Shown here in pieces: positions 1-9,828 of a DNA stretch of 64,000 nt; positions within the stretch are counted from its first letter, which is position 1, and every line of letters begins with the position of its first letter. The notes beneath the pieces are model-generated. The model made no database searches. It saw only the letters and a program-made list of their open reading frames with translations, and was not told the DNA's origin. The DNA is from an uncultured Bacteroidota bacterium (GTDB taxonomy: Bacteria; Bacteroidota; Bacteroidia; Flavobacteriales; BACL11): contig CACAMX010000001.1 of NCBI GenBank assembly GCA_902533655.1, positions 88,171 to 152,170 of the forward strand, in the 5' to 3' direction. The translations under genes and the position numbers were made by a program.

Positions 1-14
1 AATTTATATTAATT

Positions 15-242
15 ATGGACAATGTATTTAAGTATTTTAATGGCTTTTTCAAAGGCTTAACTGGTTTAATTATGACAGTTTTAGGTCTTGGAGTTGCTGT
101 AGAGATTCTTTTTGGAGGAGGATCAATGTTTGGAATGACTGTTATTGACAACGTTATGGCTGTTATTAACGGTTTAGGTGGAGCTGGCTTCGCTGGATTA
201 GTTGGTTTACTTGTATTGTTTTCTTTATTAACAGGAAAATAA
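15..242 (+). CDS. small two-helix membrane protein (75 aa), function unknown
   Basis: ATG ORF with Gly/Ala/Leu-rich hydrophobic segments. A clean terminator hairpin follows. Weak collinear similarity to ORF 418-630. Confidence 0.5.
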   Translation: MDNVFKYFNGFFKGLTGLIMTVLGLGVAVEILFGGGSMFGMTVIDNVMAVINGLGGAGFAGLVGLLVLFSLLTGK

Positions 243-268
243 TAATAACTCAATGTTTTAATTTAATA

Positions 269-301
269 AATAGCCCTGCATTGTGTTAGGGCTATTTTTT
301 T
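269..301 (+). terminator. Rho-independent terminator after ORF 15-242
   Basis: A 9-bp perfect stem, aatagccct (269-277) / agggctatt (288-296), with a 10-nt loop, running into a T-tract to 301. Confidence 0.7.
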
Positions 302-307
302 AATAAT

Positions 308-385
308 ATGACAGCTTTTATTTGTACACTTATTGCAATTGCACTGTTCATGATGCTTTCTAGCAGAATAGAAAAACATCTTTAA
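308..385 (+). CDS. candidate 25-aa hydrophobic mini-ORF (MTAFICTLIAIALFMMLSSRIEKHL)
   Basis: ATG...TAA ORF below the ORF-track cutoff, lying between the two small membrane-protein genes. There is no other support. Confidence 0.15.
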   Translation: MTAFICTLIAIALFMMLSSRIEKHL

Positions 386-417
386 GCGAGTATTTTTAGT
401 AATTTTAAATTTAAAAA

Positions 418-630
418 ATGCTTAATTTTTTTAATAAAATTCAGTCCCTCATAATTCGCATAATCAAATTAGCACTCACGCTACTATGCCTTGGAGTTGT
501 AACGCAACTATTAATTAACGATAAAATTCTTGGTTGGGACCCAATTGGAAATATTCAAGATGCGGGAAGTTCTTTCATAGGAATTCTTTTCATCGTTATT
601 TTGTATCAACTCTATAACAAGAACAGTTAG
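418..630 (+). CDS. small two-helix membrane protein (70 aa), probable paralogue of ORF 15-242
   Basis: Same architecture and collinear identities with ORF 15-242 (M-x-N-x-F ... T-x-L-x-L-G-V ... L). Its 3' end overlaps the polA stop by 4 nt. Confidence 0.5.
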   Translation: MLNFFNKIQSLIIRIIKLALTLLCLGVVTQLLINDKILGWDPIGNIQDAGSSFIGILFIVILYQLYNKNS

Positions 631-3257
631 TGAGCATCTAACCAATTATTTGAGATTCCAATATCTACTTTAAGTGGTACTACCAATTTCGTTGCGCACT
701 CCATTCTTTCTTTCACTAATTTCTTCATCTGATTTATTTCTGATTTGTCAACATCGAAAACTAACTCATCGTGCACTTGCAAAATCATTTTAGAATTTAA
801 ATTTTGAAGTGTTATTTCATTATTTATATCAATCATTGCTATTTTTATAATATCAGCAGCTGTTCCTTGAATTGGCATATTGATTGCTATTCTCTCCTCA
901 AATGATTTTAAAATATAATTTTTTGAATTTATATTTCTAAGTGGTCTTTTTCTATTAAAAATTGTCTTAGCAAACTCATTGTTTCTAGCTTCATCAATCA
1001 AATAATCCATGTACTTTTTTACACCTTTGAACTCATTAAAATAACTATCAATTATTTCTTTTGCTTTGTTTCGACTAATTCCTAAATTTTGAGACAAACC
1101 ATGAGGAGATATACCATAAATTATACCAAAATTTACAGCTTTAGCATCAGACCTCATTTCTCTTGTTACATTTTCTAAAGGAACATTATTAATTTTTGAA
1201 GCTGTTGCTGAATGTATATCTAAATTGTTATTAAATGCGTTTATCATAAAATTATCATTACTTAATGAAGCCATTATTCTTAGCTCTATTTGTGAGTAAT
1301 CAGCAGCTAATAAAGTGAAGTCAGAACTTCTTGACTTGAAAGCCTTTCGAATTAGCTTTCCTCTTTCTGACCTTATAGGTATGTTTTGAATATTAGGGTT
1401 TACAGAGCTCAAACGTCCTGTTGATGTAACTGTTTGATTAAACGTAGTATGGATTCTTTCAGAAACTGCAACTTTTGGTAATGCTTTTACATAAGTACTA
1501 TTAAGTTTGTTTATTTCCCTATGCTCAAGGATCAAATTAATAATTGGGTGTTTATCCCTTAATTTTATTAATGTTTCCTCCGATGTAGAGTATTGTCCAG
1601 ATTTAGTTTTCTTGGGCTTGTTTGTTAATTTTAAATAATCAAAGAGCACCTCTCCTAATTGTTTAGGCGAGGAAACATTAAATGTTTTTCCAGAAATTTT
1701 AACTATTTCATCTTCAAGATTAAGCAATTCATTATCTAATTGCTTAGAAAAATCATCTAAAAACTTAATGTCTATTTTAATTCCATTTTTTTCCATTTCA
1801 AGCAGTGCATAAATTAATGGAATTTCAATTTCTTGAAAAAGATCAAGTAGATTGCTACTCTTTAGTTCATCTAATTGTTTTTTGTAAGTTTCATAAAAAG
1901 CTAAAACAAAATGATCATTTAAATTAATATCAATGTATTTTGTGACTAAATTTCTTGTTTGACTGTTGGCAGATGAGTCTAATAAATACTCAGCTATATG
2001 GAGATCGAAAAAATTGGTCTCTAGTTTTTTTGGTTTTTGAAAAATAGTTTTAAGTAGTAACTTAATATTATTACCTATAATTGTTTTTGTTGAACTATTA
2101 AAGTTTAACTCAAGAAAATTCTTTATAAAAACTTTTGTGTCTTCATTAATTTCATTTACCAACAATTTTTTGTTTCTATCGCAAATGAAAATACATGAGG
2201 TTTTTTCATCTAAAAAGTTATCTAACGAAATTGATAAACATGATACGTCTCTAAGACTATTTAATTCTCTTTTAAACTCTAAATCATTCATTTTAATAAT
2301 CTCGGATTTGTTTTCTATATTGGAATTAGTAAATAAATCAACTTGTTTTGACTCATTTGTAGATGTCACTTTTGAATTTTCTTTTGAAAAAATCTTTTCA
2401 GAAAGATTTCTAAACTCAAGATCATCAAAAAGTTGTTTAAGCTTGACCATATTAAATTGACCAACTATCATTTCTTTCTCATCAATTTCAATTGGAACGT
2501 CAGTAATAATAGTTGCCAGTCTTTTTGACAGAATTGCTGATTGTCTTCCATCTATTACTTTTTCCTTAACTTTTCCACTTAATTTATCTACATTTTCTAG
2601 TAAGTTTTCTACAGAACCAAATTGAGAGATAAACTTTTGTGCTGTAACTTTCCCTACGCCTGGAATTCCGGGAATGTTATCAGATGCATCTCCCATTAGC
2701 GCAAGCAAATCAATTACCTGACTTTGATTTTGAATTTTAAATTGCTCTTTAACATTTTCTACCCCCCATATTTCACTTGGCTTCCACTTACTAGAGGGTC
2801 TATACATTTTTATGTTTTTAGAAACTAACTGAGCAAAGTCCTTATCGGGTGTCATCATAAAAACTTCAAATTCTTTTTTTTCTAAAAACTTAGAAATAGT
2901 TCCAATAATATCATCAGCTTCGTAGCCTGCCTTAGCGTAAGTCTTAACATTAATTGATTCAAGAAATTTAAAAATATAATCTAAAGAGTTTTTTATAGGG
3001 TCAGGCATTTCCTGCCTATTTGCTTTGTAACCTGAAAACTCAATATGCCTAAATGTTGGTTCTTTAGAATCAAAGACAACAGCTAAGTGTGTGGGTTTGT
3101 GTTTATTTAAGATTTCAAAAATTGAGTTAGCAAATCCGAAAATAGTTGACGTATCATAACCTTTTGAATTAATTCTGGGGTTTTTTATGAAAGCAAAGTA
3201 TGCACGATAAATTATTGCGTATGCATCAACTAAAAATATTTTTTTTTTTACTTTCAT
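627..3257 (-). CDS. polA: DNA polymerase I (5' nuclease + vestigial 3'-5' exo region + polymerase domain)
   Basis: 876 aa. 5' nuclease motifs are LVDAYAIIYRAYF and GYEADDIIG. Polymerase motifs are DYSQIELR, RSDAKAVNFGIIYG and QVHDELVF. Confidence 0.95.
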   Translation of the reverse strand: MKVKKKIFLVDAYAIIYRAYFAFIKNPRINSKGYDTSTIFGFANSIFEILNKHKPTHLAVVFDSKEPTFRHIEFSGYKANRQEMPDPIKNSLDYIFKFLESINVKTYAKAGYEADDIIGTISKFLEKKEFEVFMMTPDKDFAQLVSKNIKMYRPSSKWKPSEIWGVENVKEQFKIQNQSQVIDLLALMGDASDNIPGIPGVGKVTAQKFISQFGSVENLLENVDKLSGKVKEKVIDGRQSAILSKRLATIITDVPIEIDEKEMIVGQFNMVKLKQLFDDLEFRNLSEKIFSKENSKVTSTNESKQVDLFTNSNIENKSEIIKMNDLEFKRELNSLRDVSCLSISLDNFLDEKTSCIFICDRNKKLLVNEINEDTKVFIKNFLELNFNSSTKTIIGNNIKLLLKTIFQKPKKLETNFFDLHIAEYLLDSSANSQTRNLVTKYIDINLNDHFVLAFYETYKKQLDELKSSNLLDLFQEIEIPLIYALLEMEKNGIKIDIKFLDDFSKQLDNELLNLEDEIVKISGKTFNVSSPKQLGEVLFDYLKLTNKPKKTKSGQYSTSEETLIKLRDKHPIINLILEHREINKLNSTYVKALPKVAVSERIHTTFNQTVTSTGRLSSVNPNIQNIPIRSERGKLIRKAFKSRSSDFTLLAADYSQIELRIMASLSNDNFMINAFNNNLDIHSATASKINNVPLENVTREMRSDAKAVNFGIIYGISPHGLSQNLGISRNKAKEIIDSYFNEFKGVKKYMDYLIDEARNNEFAKTIFNRKRPLRNINSKNYILKSFEERIAINMPIQGTAADIIKIAMIDINNEITLQNLNSKMILQVHDELVFDVDKSEINQMKKLVKERMECATKLVVPLKVDIGISNNWLDAH

Positions 3258-3303
3258 TTCATAAAAGTAAACTTTTTAAACTTTAATTCATCAATCTAAT
3301 AAA

Positions 3304-3909
3304 TTGAAAAAAAAAAATCTGAACTCATTAAAATTTTCTGCAATATTGATAACGATTATTTGGTCTGTTAAACTATTTGAAATTATTTTTAGTTATGATT
3401 TTACGAACTATGGTGTTTTGCCAAGAAACTTTCACGGTCTTATAGGAATATTCTTCAGCCCTCTTATACATTCAGACGTTAATCATCTACTAAGTAATAG
3501 TTTGCCAGTAATTATTTTATGCCTACTTATTTTTAACTTTTATATTCAAATTGCAAAAAAAATATTGATGTATCTTTACTTTATTTCAGGGCTATGGCTT
3601 TGGTGTATTGGAAGAGAATTCTTTCATGTAGGTGCCAGTGGTTTAATTTACGCAATGGCAAGCTTTTTATTTTTTAGCGGGGTTTTGAGAAAAAACACTC
3701 AGTTAAGTGCGGTTGCATTGCTGGTTGTTTTCATTTACGGTGGACTTTTTTGGGGTCTTTTCCCAGTACATGAAAATGTGTCATGGGAAGGACATTTAAC
3801 TGGTTTTATTGCTGGGGTTTTAGTTGCATTTATTTACAGAAAAGATGGACCCAAAAGAGAAAAATATGATTGGGAAATTGAGGATGATATAGAAAATAAT
3901 GATAATTAA
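3304..3909 (+). CDS. rhomboid-family intramembrane serine protease
   Basis: Multi-pass membrane protein with GASGLIYAM (GxSG) and a later EGHLTGFIAG His. TTG start. Confidence 0.8.
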   Translation: MKKKNLNSLKFSAILITIIWSVKLFEIIFSYDFTNYGVLPRNFHGLIGIFFSPLIHSDVNHLLSNSLPVIILCLLIFNFYIQIAKKILMYLYFISGLWLWCIGREFFHVGASGLIYAMASFLFFSGVLRKNTQLSAVALLVVFIYGGLFWGLFPVHENVSWEGHLTGFIAGVLVAFIYRKDGPKREKYDWEIEDDIENNDN

Positions 3910-4162
3910 TCAAATCATTATATCAACTAAATTTTGTTCAACTAAAACAAAATTATTTAACTAACTATAATAAATAATTAACTACAAAACATGTCTTATT
4001 CTAACTTAAAGTAAAATAACTTTAAAAAATTAATAGTAATCGTAAGCACAAAGCATTTTTGATGAATAAATTGCCAGTACTAGTCTAAAAAGTGTTTTGT
4101 TTTTCTTCATACATAATTTAATACTTATTTAATATAATTTAGTTTGAAAAACATAAATAAAC

Positions 4163-4170
4163 TAAATTTG
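4163..4170 (+). promoter_or_regulatory. Bacteroidetes-type -7 box TAAATTTG, 5 nt upstream of the lepA ATG
   Basis: Exact match to TAnnTTTG. A TTTG lies at 4143-4146 as a possible -33 element (short spacer). Confidence 0.35.
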
Positions 4171-4175
4171 TTTAT

Positions 4176-5966
4176 ATGTTAAATATTAGAAATTTCTGTA
4201 TAATCGCGCACATAGATCACGGAAAAAGCACTTTAGCTGATAGACTATTACAAGCCACAAATTCTATTTCAGAAAGGGAGTTTAAAAATCAAATGCTAGA
4301 CGACATGGAACTTGAGAAAGAGAGAGGAATCACAATAAAAAGCAAAGCAATTCAAATGAAGTTCCTTAGAAATAATATTGAATATACTTTAAATCTTATA
4401 GACACGCCAGGTCATGTGGATTTTTCATACGAGGTTTCTAGGTCGATTGCTGCATGCGAAGGCGCTCTATTAATTGTTGACGCAGCTCAAGGGATTCAGG
4501 CGCAAACAATCAGTAATTTATATTTAGCACTTGACAATGATTTAGAAATTTTACCAATAATTAATAAGATTGATCTACCAAGTGCTGAACCGGAAGTTGT
4601 GAAAGATCAAATCGTTGATTTAATTGGATGTGGTAAAGATGAGATTTTAGAGGTAAGTGCAAAAACAGGACAAGGAATTGATAAAATTTTAGATTCTGTC
4701 ATAGTCCGTATTCCACATCCTAAAGGAGACCCTGAATCGCAATTACAAGCTATGATTTTTGATTCAGTTTACAATCCGTTTAGAGGAATTGAAGCTTATT
4801 TCAAAATATTTAACGGTAAAATTCAAAAAGGTGACAAAGTAAAATTTATTGCCACTGGCAAAGAATATTTTGCAGAAGAAATTGGAGTATTAAAAATAAA
4901 TCAAGAACCAAAAAAAATATTATCAACTGGAGAGGTTGGATATATTATTTCAGGAATTAAGAATGCTAATGAAGTAAAAGTTGGTGACACAATAACATCA
5001 ATAAATAACCCTTCAAAAGATGCAGTTTTAGGATTTGAAGATGTTAAGCCTATGGTCTTCGCAGGAATATACCCCGTTGATACTGATGATTATGAGGAAC
5101 TCAGAGTTTCTATGGAAAAATTACAACTTAATGATGCTTCACTAACATTTTCGCCTGAATCATCTGTTGCTCTAGGTTTTGGTTTTAGATGTGGGTTTCT
5201 AGGCATGTTACATATGGAAATTGTTCAAGAAAGATTGGAAAGAGAATTTGAGATGAATGTAATCACTACAGTACCGAATGTGTCATATTTTGCTCATAAC
5301 AAAAAAGGCGATAAAATCATAATCAACAATCCCTCTGATTACCCTGACCCTAGCACTTTGGATTATGTTGAAGAACCCTACATTAATGCACAAATAATTA
5401 CAAAAGCTGATTTTGTTGGACCAGTTATGAATCTTTGCATTGAAAAACGAGGCGTTTTAAAAAATCAAGTTTATTTGACAACAGATCGTGTAGAGCTAAC
5501 CTTTGACATACCTCTTTCCGAAATTGTATTTGACTTCTATGACAAACTAAAAAGTATTTCTAAGGGTTATGCGTCTTTTGACTATCATCCAATTGACTAT
5601 AGAACATCAAATTTATCTAAACTTGATATTTTACTAAACGGGGATCATGTAGATGCCTTGTCAGCCTTAGTACACAAGGATAATTCATTTACATTAGGCA
5701 AAAAACTTTGCAAGAAACTTAAGTCACTAATTCCAAGGCAGCAATTTGATATCGCTATTCAATCAGCTATTGGTTCCAAAATAATTTCAAGAGAAACAGT
5801 AAAAGCTGTGAGAAAGGATGTCACAGCTAAATGTTATGGAGGGGATATCACAAGAAAAAGAAAACTTTTGGAAAAACAAAAAAAGGGAAAGAAGAGAATG
5901 AAACAAGTTGGAAATGTTGAAATTCCTCAAAATGCATTTTTATCTGTACTTAAGTTAAATGATTAA
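4176..5966 (+). CDS. lepA: translation elongation factor 4 (LepA)
   Basis: 596 aa. [21 protein letters not shown]1 motif, [13 protein letters not shown], and a LepA-type C-terminal domain. Confidence 0.97.
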   Translation: MLNIRNFCIIAHIDHGKSTLADRLLQATNSISEREFKNQMLDDMELEKERGITIKSKAIQMKFLRNNIEYTLNLIDTPGHVDFSYEVSRSIAACEGALLIVDAAQGIQAQTISNLYLALDNDLEILPIINKIDLPSAEPEVVKDQIVDLIGCGKDEILEVSAKTGQGIDKILDSVIVRIPHPKGDPESQLQAMIFDSVYNPFRGIEAYFKIFNGKIQKGDKVKFIATGKEYFAEEIGVLKINQEPKKILSTGEVGYIISGIKNANEVKVGDTITSINNPSKDAVLGFEDVKPMVFAGIYPVDTDDYEELRVSMEKLQLNDASLTFSPESSVALGFGFRCGFLGMLHMEIVQERLEREFEMNVITTVPNVSYFAHNKKGDKIIINNPSDYPDPSTLDYVEEPYINAQIITKADFVGPVMNLCIEKRGVLKNQVYLTTDRVELTFDIPLSEIVFDFYDKLKSISKGYASFDYHPIDYRTSNLSKLDILLNGDHVDALSALVHKDNSFTLGKKLCKKLKSLIPRQQFDIAIQSAIGSKIISRETVKAVRKDVTAKCYGGDITRKRKLLEKQKKGKKRMKQVGNVEIPQNAFLSVLKLND

Positions 5967-5975
5967 TAAATAAAA

Positions 5976-6722
5976 ATGGCTGGGCACAGCAAATGGGCAA
6001 ATATTAAACATCGTAAAGGAGCACAAGACGCCAAAAGGTCTAAAATATTTACAAAACTTATAAAGGAATTGACGATTGCTGCTAAAGTTGGTGGAGATGA
6101 CAAAGATTCTAATCCAAGATTAAGAACTGCTATTCAAAATGCCAAAGGAGCAAATATGCCTAAGGATACTATTAATAGAGCAATTAAAAAGGGTATGAGC
6201 AATGAATCAGAAAATTACACTGAAGTTAGTTTTGAAGGATATGGTCCAGGTGGTATTGCTATTTTTATAGAATGTTCAACAGATAATAATAATAGAACAG
6301 TATCCAATGTAAGAGCTATATTTAACAAATTTGGTGGTGAATTGGGAACAAAAGGTTCTTTGGAGTTTGTTTTTAATAGAAAGGGTCTTTTTATTATTGA
6401 AAAAAATAAAATTGATTTTGATGTAGACGAATTTCAAATGAATCTGATTGATTGGGGACTTGAAGATTTTATTATAGAAGAAGAATTATGTTTTTTGTAT
6501 GTTGAGATGATGGACTTTAGTAAAATGCAAAAAAAACTTGAAGAAGATAACATTTGTGTTAAATCTTCGGAGCTAATAAGAGTACCTACTACAACAAAAA
6601 GTTTAGAACTTGGAAAAGCTCAAACAATAATTAAAATGATTGAGAAATTCGAAGAAGACGTTGATGTTCAAAATGTTTTTCATAATTTAGAAATAACTGA
6701 GGAAATAATTATAAAAATATAG
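5976..6722 (+). CDS. yebC: YebC/PmpR-family transcriptional regulator
   Basis: MAGHSKWANIKHRKGAQDAKRSKIFTKL is the hallmark N-terminus. 248 aa. Confidence 0.95.
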   Translation: MAGHSKWANIKHRKGAQDAKRSKIFTKLIKELTIAAKVGGDDKDSNPRLRTAIQNAKGANMPKDTINRAIKKGMSNESENYTEVSFEGYGPGGIAIFIECSTDNNNRTVSNVRAIFNKFGGELGTKGSLEFVFNRKGLFIIEKNKIDFDVDEFQMNLIDWGLEDFIIEEELCFLYVEMMDFSKMQKKLEEDNICVKSSELIRVPTTTKSLELGKAQTIIKMIEKFEEDVDVQNVFHNLEITEEIIIKI

Positions 6723-6726
6723 TTTT

Positions 6727-8007
6727 ATGAATGTGATGATCATTGGAAGCGGTGGTAGAGAACATGCTATTGCTTGGAAAATTTCTAAAAGTAGCATGAT
6801 TAAAAAACTAATTGTTTGCCCCGGCAATGCTGGTACAGCATTAGTTGCGCAAAATGTTAAACTTGACATTAATGACTTCAATAAAATTAAATCATTGTGC
6901 TTAAGAGAAGAAATTGATATTGTAATTGTTGGGCCAGAGGACCCATTGGTAAACGGTATTTCTGACTATTTTAAGCTTCAAAAAGAATTAAAAGACGTAA
7001 CCTTGGTTGGCCCCTGCAAAAATGCTGCTCAACTTGAAGGTAGCAAAGACTTTGCAAAGCAATTCATGAAAAAATATAACATACCGACCGCCAAACACAA
7101 AACTTTCGATATTGACTCAATAGATAATGGATATATATTTCTGGAAACCCTATCACCTCCTTATGTGTTGAAAGCTGATGGGCTAGCCGCTGGAAAAGGT
7201 GTCCTAATTGTTGATAATCTCATTGAAGCAAAAAAATGTTTGAAAGAGATGATCTTAGAAAATAAGTTTGGTAATGCTTCAAATAAGGTTGTAATTGAAG
7301 AGTTCTTAAAAGGTACAGAATTATCGGTTTTTGTATTAACTGATGGCTCAACTTATAAAATTCTTCCAACAGCAAAGGACTATAAAAGAATTGGTGAAAA
7401 AGATACTGGCTTAAACACTGGAGGAATGGGTGCCGTATCACCTGCAACTTTTGTAGATCGATTTTACCTCGAAAAAATTGAACTAGAAATAATTAAACCA
7501 ACAATAGATGGATTAAAAAATGAAAATATCAATTACATAGGATTTATTTTTTTTGGTTTAATTGACGTTGCAGGAGAACCTAAGGTAATTGAATATAATG
7601 TAAGAATGGGAGATCCTGAATCAGAAGTTGTTTTTCCGAGAATTAAATCTGACTTTCTAAATTTACTTTTAGGAATAAAAAACGGCACGTTCAGTGAAAA
7701 AGATTTGCATATTGACAAAAAAGTTGCTGTTACTGTAATGCTAGCTTCTAAAGGTTATCCTGAGAGCTATGAAAAAAACAAATTAATTTATTTGCCAGAA
7801 GATTTTACTGAAAGTTTAATTTTTCACTCTGGCACAAAATCCAAAAAAGGGAAACTGTATACAAATGGAGGCAGAGTGATGTGCGTAACATCTTTGTCTG
7901 AAAACTTAAAGTTAGCACTAGAAAGATCGCTAGAGCTATCCTCAAAGATTAATTTTGATGGAAAATACTATAGAAAAGATATTGGATATGATTTGATTAA
8001 TTATTAG
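6727..8007 (+). CDS. purD: phosphoribosylamine--glycine ligase
   Basis: MNVMIIGSGGREHAIAWK N-terminus, ATP-grasp core, and GGRVMCVT near the C-terminus. Confidence 0.95.
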   Translation: MNVMIIGSGGREHAIAWKISKSSMIKKLIVCPGNAGTALVAQNVKLDINDFNKIKSLCLREEIDIVIVGPEDPLVNGISDYFKLQKELKDVTLVGPCKNAAQLEGSKDFAKQFMKKYNIPTAKHKTFDIDSIDNGYIFLETLSPPYVLKADGLAAGKGVLIVDNLIEAKKCLKEMILENKFGNASNKVVIEEFLKGTELSVFVLTDGSTYKILPTAKDYKRIGEKDTGLNTGGMGAVSPATFVDRFYLEKIELEIIKPTIDGLKNENINYIGFIFFGLIDVAGEPKVIEYNVRMGDPESEVVFPRIKSDFLNLLLGIKNGTFSEKDLHIDKKVAVTVMLASKGYPESYEKNKLIYLPEDFTESLIFHSGTKSKKGKLYTNGGRVMCVTSLSENLKLALERSLELSSKINFDGKYYRKDIGYDLINY

Positions 8008-8170
8008 ATTTCCTTTCTTTTTCATGTTTAAACATTTGCACAGTCCAAAGAACTAGAAAAGCAAAGATTATCAGCATATATAAATAATTAAACTTATTAC
8101 CTATGATAGGCAAAATCTCAAAAGATTTTGTGAAAAAATCACCAAGAAAACACCAAAACTCTTTAAACAT
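7997..8170 (-). CDS. unlisted 57-aa membrane protein (MFKEFWCFLGDFFTKSFEILPIIGNKFNYLYMLIIFAFLVLWTVQMFKHEKERKSNN)
   Basis: Hand translation gives ATG (8168-8170) to TAA (7997-7999), 174 nt with no internal stop. It has one clear TM helix and fills an otherwise empty 188-nt gap. Confidence 0.4.
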   Translation of the reverse strand: MFKEFWCFLGDFFTKSFEILPIIGNKFNYLYMLIIFAFLVLWTVQMFKHEKERKSNN

Positions 8171-8195
8171 TTTTTTTGTAAAATTACATTTTTAA

Positions 8196-9095
8196 ATGAT
8201 AATTGAAAGACTAATTAACAGTAAACCTCAAACGATAATATTTTTTTTAATTGTTTCAATAGTATATTTACTACTTCCACTATCTAAGTTGTTTGAGCCC
8301 GATTCTGAATCTTTTGAATTTATTAATTTAATTTTACCTTCATTATTACTTTTTTTTTCCTCTTTATATTTAACAAATGTAATATTTGAAAAAAGCGTCA
8401 TTAAAAAGAATAACATCGTAGTGCCAATAGTTTTTTTATCATTATGTATGCCTTTTATTGATTTTAATTATTTAATGGTTGGAAATTTAATATTGATCAT
8501 CAGCTTAAATGAAATATTCAATTTTTATCAAAAAACTAATCCTTTTTCTAATTTGTTTAATTGCAGTTTTGCAATTAGCTTTTGTATGCTTGTTTTTAAT
8601 TACTATTTAGGCTTATTTTATTTTCTTGTTCCACTCTCACTTTATGTTTTTGGGAACAGCTCATGGAGATCATACATGGTCTCAATAATTGGCTTACTCT
8701 GCCCAATAATAATTTTCTATTTTTTAAAACATAACGGAGTCTCTTTAAATAATGAAAATAATCAAATATCTATCTTTTTAAACATATATAAATTAAAATA
8801 TTGGATAATAATTCTTTTGATTATAAGCTTTTTTTCAATAGTAGAACTCTTTTTTTGGATTGACAAAAAAAGTAGTAAATCCAGAAGATGTTTTTACATA
8901 ATACTTTTATATTTTTTTATATCAATTTCAATCTTTTTATTTTCAGTAGACAATGATTCCTTGATTTTTTTAATTGCACCTGCTTCTATTATTTTATCCA
9001 ACTTTTTTATTTACTCTAGTTATCGATTTATTGCTAATTTTTTATTAATAACACTCATATTAAATTCTCTTTACAATAGATTTTTAATAATTTAA
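8196..9095 (+). CDS. polytopic membrane protein, function unknown
   Basis: 299 aa, with about 8 hydrophobic segments. I recognise no catalytic motif. Confidence 0.6.
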   Translation: MIIERLINSKPQTIIFFLIVSIVYLLLPLSKLFEPDSESFEFINLILPSLLLFFSSLYLTNVIFEKSVIKKNNIVVPIVFLSLCMPFIDFNYLMVGNLILIISLNEIFNFYQKTNPFSNLFNCSFAISFCMLVFNYYLGLFYFLVPLSLYVFGNSSWRSYMVSIIGLLCPIIIFYFLKHNGVSLNNENNQISIFLNIYKLKYWIIILLIISFFSIVELFFWIDKKSSKSRRCFYIILLYFFISISIFLFSVDNDSLIFLIAPASIILSNFFIYSSYRFIANFLLITLILNSLYNRFLII

Positions 9096-9101
9096 TATTT
9101 A

Positions 9102-9109
9102 TAAATTTG
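9102..9109 (+). promoter_or_regulatory. -7 box TAAATTTG, 4 nt upstream of the purQ ATG
   Basis: Exact TAnnTTTG match. I see no convincing -33 TTG. Confidence 0.3.
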
Positions 9110-9113
9110 GTTA

Positions 9114-9803
9114 ATGAAATTTGGTATTGTAACGTTTCCTGGTTCAAATTGTGATCAAGACATGCATCACGTGTTAAAAACTGTACTAAAACAAAAAACG
9201 GTTAGCTTATGGCACAAAGACAAAGATTTACAAAACTGTGATGTTATTGTTCTTCCGGGTGGATTTTCCTATGGCGACTATTTGAGATCTGGAGCCATTG
9301 CTAAATTTTCGAGAATAATGAACTCTATAATTGATTTTGCGAATAATGGTGGTTTTGTAATTGGCATATGCAATGGGTTTCAAATATTATGTGAATCAAA
9401 ACTATTACCCGGAGCTTTGTTGCATAATGATAATCATAAGTTTATTTGTAAAAACGCTTATATTAATGTTACTTCTAATTTATCACGCTTTACATCCAAA
9501 TATTCTTTAAATCAAGTGATAAAAATTCCTGTTGCACATGGTGAGGGAAGATATCATGCAGATAAATACACACTAAAATCTTTGAAAGAAAATGATCAAA
9601 TTATTTTTCAATACTGCAACGATAACGGAAAGATTGAAACAAGTAGTAATATTAATGGGTCAGTTCTAAACATTGCTGGAATATGCAACAAAAACAGAAA
9701 TGTTTTTGGAATGATGCCACATCCTGAGCGTGCGTCTGATTCAGAGCTAAACAATGTAGACGGAAAAAATTTCTTTCTAAGTGCAATAGAATCAAATACT
9801 TAA
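9114..9803 (+). CDS. purQ: phosphoribosylformylglycinamidine synthase, glutaminase subunit
   Basis: 229 aa. GICNGFQIL nucleophile Cys elbow and MMPHPER His/Glu motif. Confidence 0.93.
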   Translation: MKFGIVTFPGSNCDQDMHHVLKTVLKQKTVSLWHKDKDLQNCDVIVLPGGFSYGDYLRSGAIAKFSRIMNSIIDFANNGGFVIGICNGFQILCESKLLPGALLHNDNHKFICKNAYINVTSNLSRFTSKYSLNQVIKIPVAHGEGRYHADKYTLKSLKENDQIIFQYCNDNGKIETSSNINGSVLNIAGICNKNRNVFGMMPHPERASDSELNNVDGKNFFLSAIESNT

Positions 9804-9828
9804 CAACATTGTTAAAAAATCTTTTTTG

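Noticed and set aside
2137-2460. A 107-aa plus-strand ORF inside polA. Similar antisense ORFs occur elsewhere, e.g. 60060-60494 in pyk, 54604-54969 in holB, 38154-38474 and 38895-39182 in ileS, 50278-50583 in scoB, and 42611-42901 in asd.
   Set aside because: All lie fully antisense to well-supported genes. Their Phe/Ser/Leu-rich, low-complexity composition is what the mirror of Lys/Glu/Asn-rich AT-biased coding sequence produces. No motifs are present.
3931-3953. A hairpin, ATTTTGTT-caactaa-AACAAAAT, after the rhomboid gene, as a possible terminator. Repeated AACTA words occur across 3925-3990.
   Set aside because: The stem is all A/T with no following T-tract, so it is too weak to call. 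The repeated pentamer is not clearly above AT-rich background.
4030-4110. A minus-strand 26-codon ORF (MKKNKTLFRLVLAIYSSKMLCAYDYY) in the 266-nt rhomboid-lepA spacer.
   Set aside because: It has no promoter box and no recognisable family. Short ORFs of this size are frequent by chance. It is kept only as a note.
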